A stretch of 64,000 bases of DNA, taken from NCBI GenBank assembly GCA_963837845.1, contig CAWIOY010000001.1, forward strand, positions 22,554-86,553. The letters are read 5' to 3'. This document shows, piece after piece, positions 62,516-64,000 of the stretch. The position numbers were made by a program, and so were the translations under genes. Under the pieces are notes generated by a model that did not search any database, was not told where the DNA came from, and was given only the letters and a program-made list of their open reading frames with translations. Positions within the stretch are counted from its first letter, which is position 1; each line of letters opens with the position of its first letter. The DNA is from an uncultured beta proteobacterium. GTDB lineage: Bacteria > Pseudomonadota > Gammaproteobacteria > Burkholderiales > Casimicrobiaceae.

Positions 62516-63519
62516 AGCCCGAGACGGTATCGGTTCGCCTCGAAGGCTGCAGCAAGACGTTTGCCAACGGCCACCGGGCGCTCGATCCGATCGACCTCGC
62601 CGTCGCCGCCGGCGAAACGCTCGCCGTGCTGGGCCCATCGGGCTGCGGCAAGACCACCGTTCTGCGCCTCATCGCCGGGCTCGAAGACCCCGACCCGGGC
62701 GGCCGGATCTTCATCGGCGAGACCGATGTGACGCGCGTCCCCACCGAGCAGCGCGGCGTGGGGATGGTCTTCCAGAGCTACGCGCTGTTCCCGAACCTGA
62801 GCCTTGCCGACAACATCGGCTACGGGCTGAAGGTGCGCCGCTTCGATGCGCTGCAGCGCCGACAACGGGTCGAAGAGCTGCTGGCGATGATGCACCTCGG
62901 CGAATTCGCCGCCCGGCCGGTGCATCAGCTGTCGGGGGGGCAGAAGCAGCGGGTTGCGCTGGCGCGCGCGCTCGCGCCGCAGCCGCGGGTCCTGCTTCTC
63001 GACGAGCCGCTGACCGCCCTGGACGCGAAGCTCCGCGACGAGCTTCGCGTCGAGCTCGCCGAATTGCTGGGCCGGCTGCAGATCACCACGCTGCTGGTAA
63101 CCCATGACCAGGCGGAGGCCATGGCGCTAGGCCACCGGGTCGCGGTAATGTCGCGGCGACAGATCGAGCAGCTCGGGTCACCGCAGGAGCTCTACCGGGC
63201 GCCACGCAACGCTTTTGTCGCGGACTTCGTCGGCACCATGAACCGGGTCAATGCCGAACAGGTCAACGGCAAGCTTGTCCTCGGCGGCGAGCGGACACTC
63301 TATTTCCGGCCGCACGATCTTGCGCTCGCCAGCGCCGATGCGGCCGACGTCACCGGACTGATCGTCGGCAGCTTCTTCGCCGGCAGCGTGACGCGCGTCA
63401 TCGTCCGCCTGCACGACGGGCAGATGCTCACCGTCGACGCCCTCGGCCACGCCAGTGCCGCCGCCGGCACTGCGGTGGGCGTTGTCTTCAACCAGACCAC
63501 GCCGGTCGGCACGGCGTAG
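62512..63519 (+). CDS. ABC transporter ATP-binding protein (PotA/FbpC type)
   Basis: ATGA overlap with the permease. GPSGCGKTT, LSGGQKQRVALARAL, LLLDEPLTALD, and a C-terminal TOBE-like region. Confidence 0.92.
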   Translation: MKPETVSVRLEGCSKTFANGHRALDPIDLAVAAGETLAVLGPSGCGKTTVLRLIAGLEDPDPGGRIFIGETDVTRVPTEQRGVGMVFQSYALFPNLSLADNIGYGLKVRRFDALQRRQRVEELLAMMHLGEFAARPVHQLSGGQKQRVALARALAPQPRVLLLDEPLTALDAKLRDELRVELAELLGRLQITTLLVTHDQAEAMALGHRVAVMSRRQIEQLGSPQELYRAPRNAFVADFVGTMNRVNAEQVNGKLVLGGERTLYFRPHDLALASADAADVTGLIVGSFFAGSVTRVIVRLHDGQMLTVDALGHASAAAGTAVGVVFNQTTPVGTA

Positions 63520-63531
63520 CGAAGAGGCGCC

Positions 63532-64000
63532 ATGCTGATCGCACACATAAGCGACCTGCACATTCGTCGTCCCGGCGAGCTCGCGTATCGCCGCGTCGAC
63601 ACCGCCGCCTATCTGCAGCGCTGTGTGGCACACCTGGTGGCGCTGCGTCCGCGGCCGGACCTGGTGGTGGCGACCGGCGACCTCACCGATTCCGGGCGGC
63701 CGGAAGAGTACGAGCACCTGGCCCGGATCCTGGCGCAGTTGCCCATGCCGCTCTACCTGATACCCGGCAACCACGACAATCGCGGGGCGCTGCGCAGCGC
63801 GTTCTCCCAGCACCTCTACCTGCACGGCGACGAGGAATTCATCCAGTACACGGCCCCCGCCGGTCCGTTGCAGCTCGTGGCGTTGGACACCGTGCTGCCG
63901 GGCGAAGGCGGAGGGCTGCTGTGCCGCAAGCGCCTGCGCTGGCTCGAGGACCAGCTCACGGTCTATCGGCACAGGCCGGTGGTCATCCTGATGCATCACC
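63532..64000 (+). CDS. Metallophosphoesterase (class III cyclic-nucleotide phosphodiesterase / GpdQ-like), 3' end beyond the window
   Basis: Hand translation from ATG 63532: MLIAHISDLHIRR...VVATGDLTDSGRPEEY...LIPGNHDN...VVILMHH (D-x-H, GD, GNHD and HH motifs). Not in the ORF track because it is open at the window edge. Confidence 0.8.
   Translation, partial: MLIAHISDLHIRRPGELAYRRVDTAAYLQRCVAHLVALRPRPDLVVATGDLTDSGRPEEYEHLARILAQLPMPLYLIPGNHDNRGALRSAFSQHLYLHGDEEFIQYTAPAGPLQLVALDTVLPGEGGGLLCRKRLRWLEDQLTVYRHRPVVILMHH

Overview
This 64-kb window is a high-G+C (roughly two-thirds G+C by eye), densely coding proteobacterial chromosomal segment. I support about 58 protein-coding loci and one tRNA-Leu(UAA). 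I recognised no rRNA, CRISPR array, transposase, integrase or phage genes.

- **4.8-39.1 kb, conserved housekeeping synteny:** MscS-like channel, prmB-dapE, a pilU-like ATPase, an MTA/MTI-type phosphorylase, def, glnD-map-dapD, a LytS/LytTR two-component pair, dapC, a GspC-like orphan, gph-ubiG-mtaD, an OmpA-family gene and gyrA. Then comes pheA-hisC-tyrA-aroA-cmk-rpsA-ihfB-lapA-lapB-pyrF-ugd-hldA-radA, with many ATGA/GTGA stop/start overlaps.
- **39.1-51.6 kb, mosaic, accessory-looking block:** Zn-ADH, phasin, VOC, DUF302, GST, thioredoxin-like, O-methyltransferase, DUF1304, Tat-signal SDR, a divergent CDP-alcohol phosphatidyltransferase, a large S53 sedolisin with a duplicated C-terminal domain, and a CDGSH protein. 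The block ends at the 3' end of tRNA-Leu.
- **51.9-64 kb:** gpmA, manD, a 1110-aa class-III-cyclase/STAND-ATPase/TPR protein, a Sad/YneI-like aldehyde dehydrogenase, a 75-aa His-rich protein, and an ABC importer operon followed by a metallophosphoesterase cut by the window edge.
- **Frame disruptions:** the left 4.7 kb (TPP-dependent enzyme plus a gsiA/gsiB-like importer) is riddled with them. pilU and hisC are also frame-broken.

I did not find a convincing self-contained novel multi-gene system. The most unusual items are listed as findings with deliberately modest scores. Coordinates of starts and frameshift points come from hand translation checked against the ORF-track frames and may be off by a few nt.
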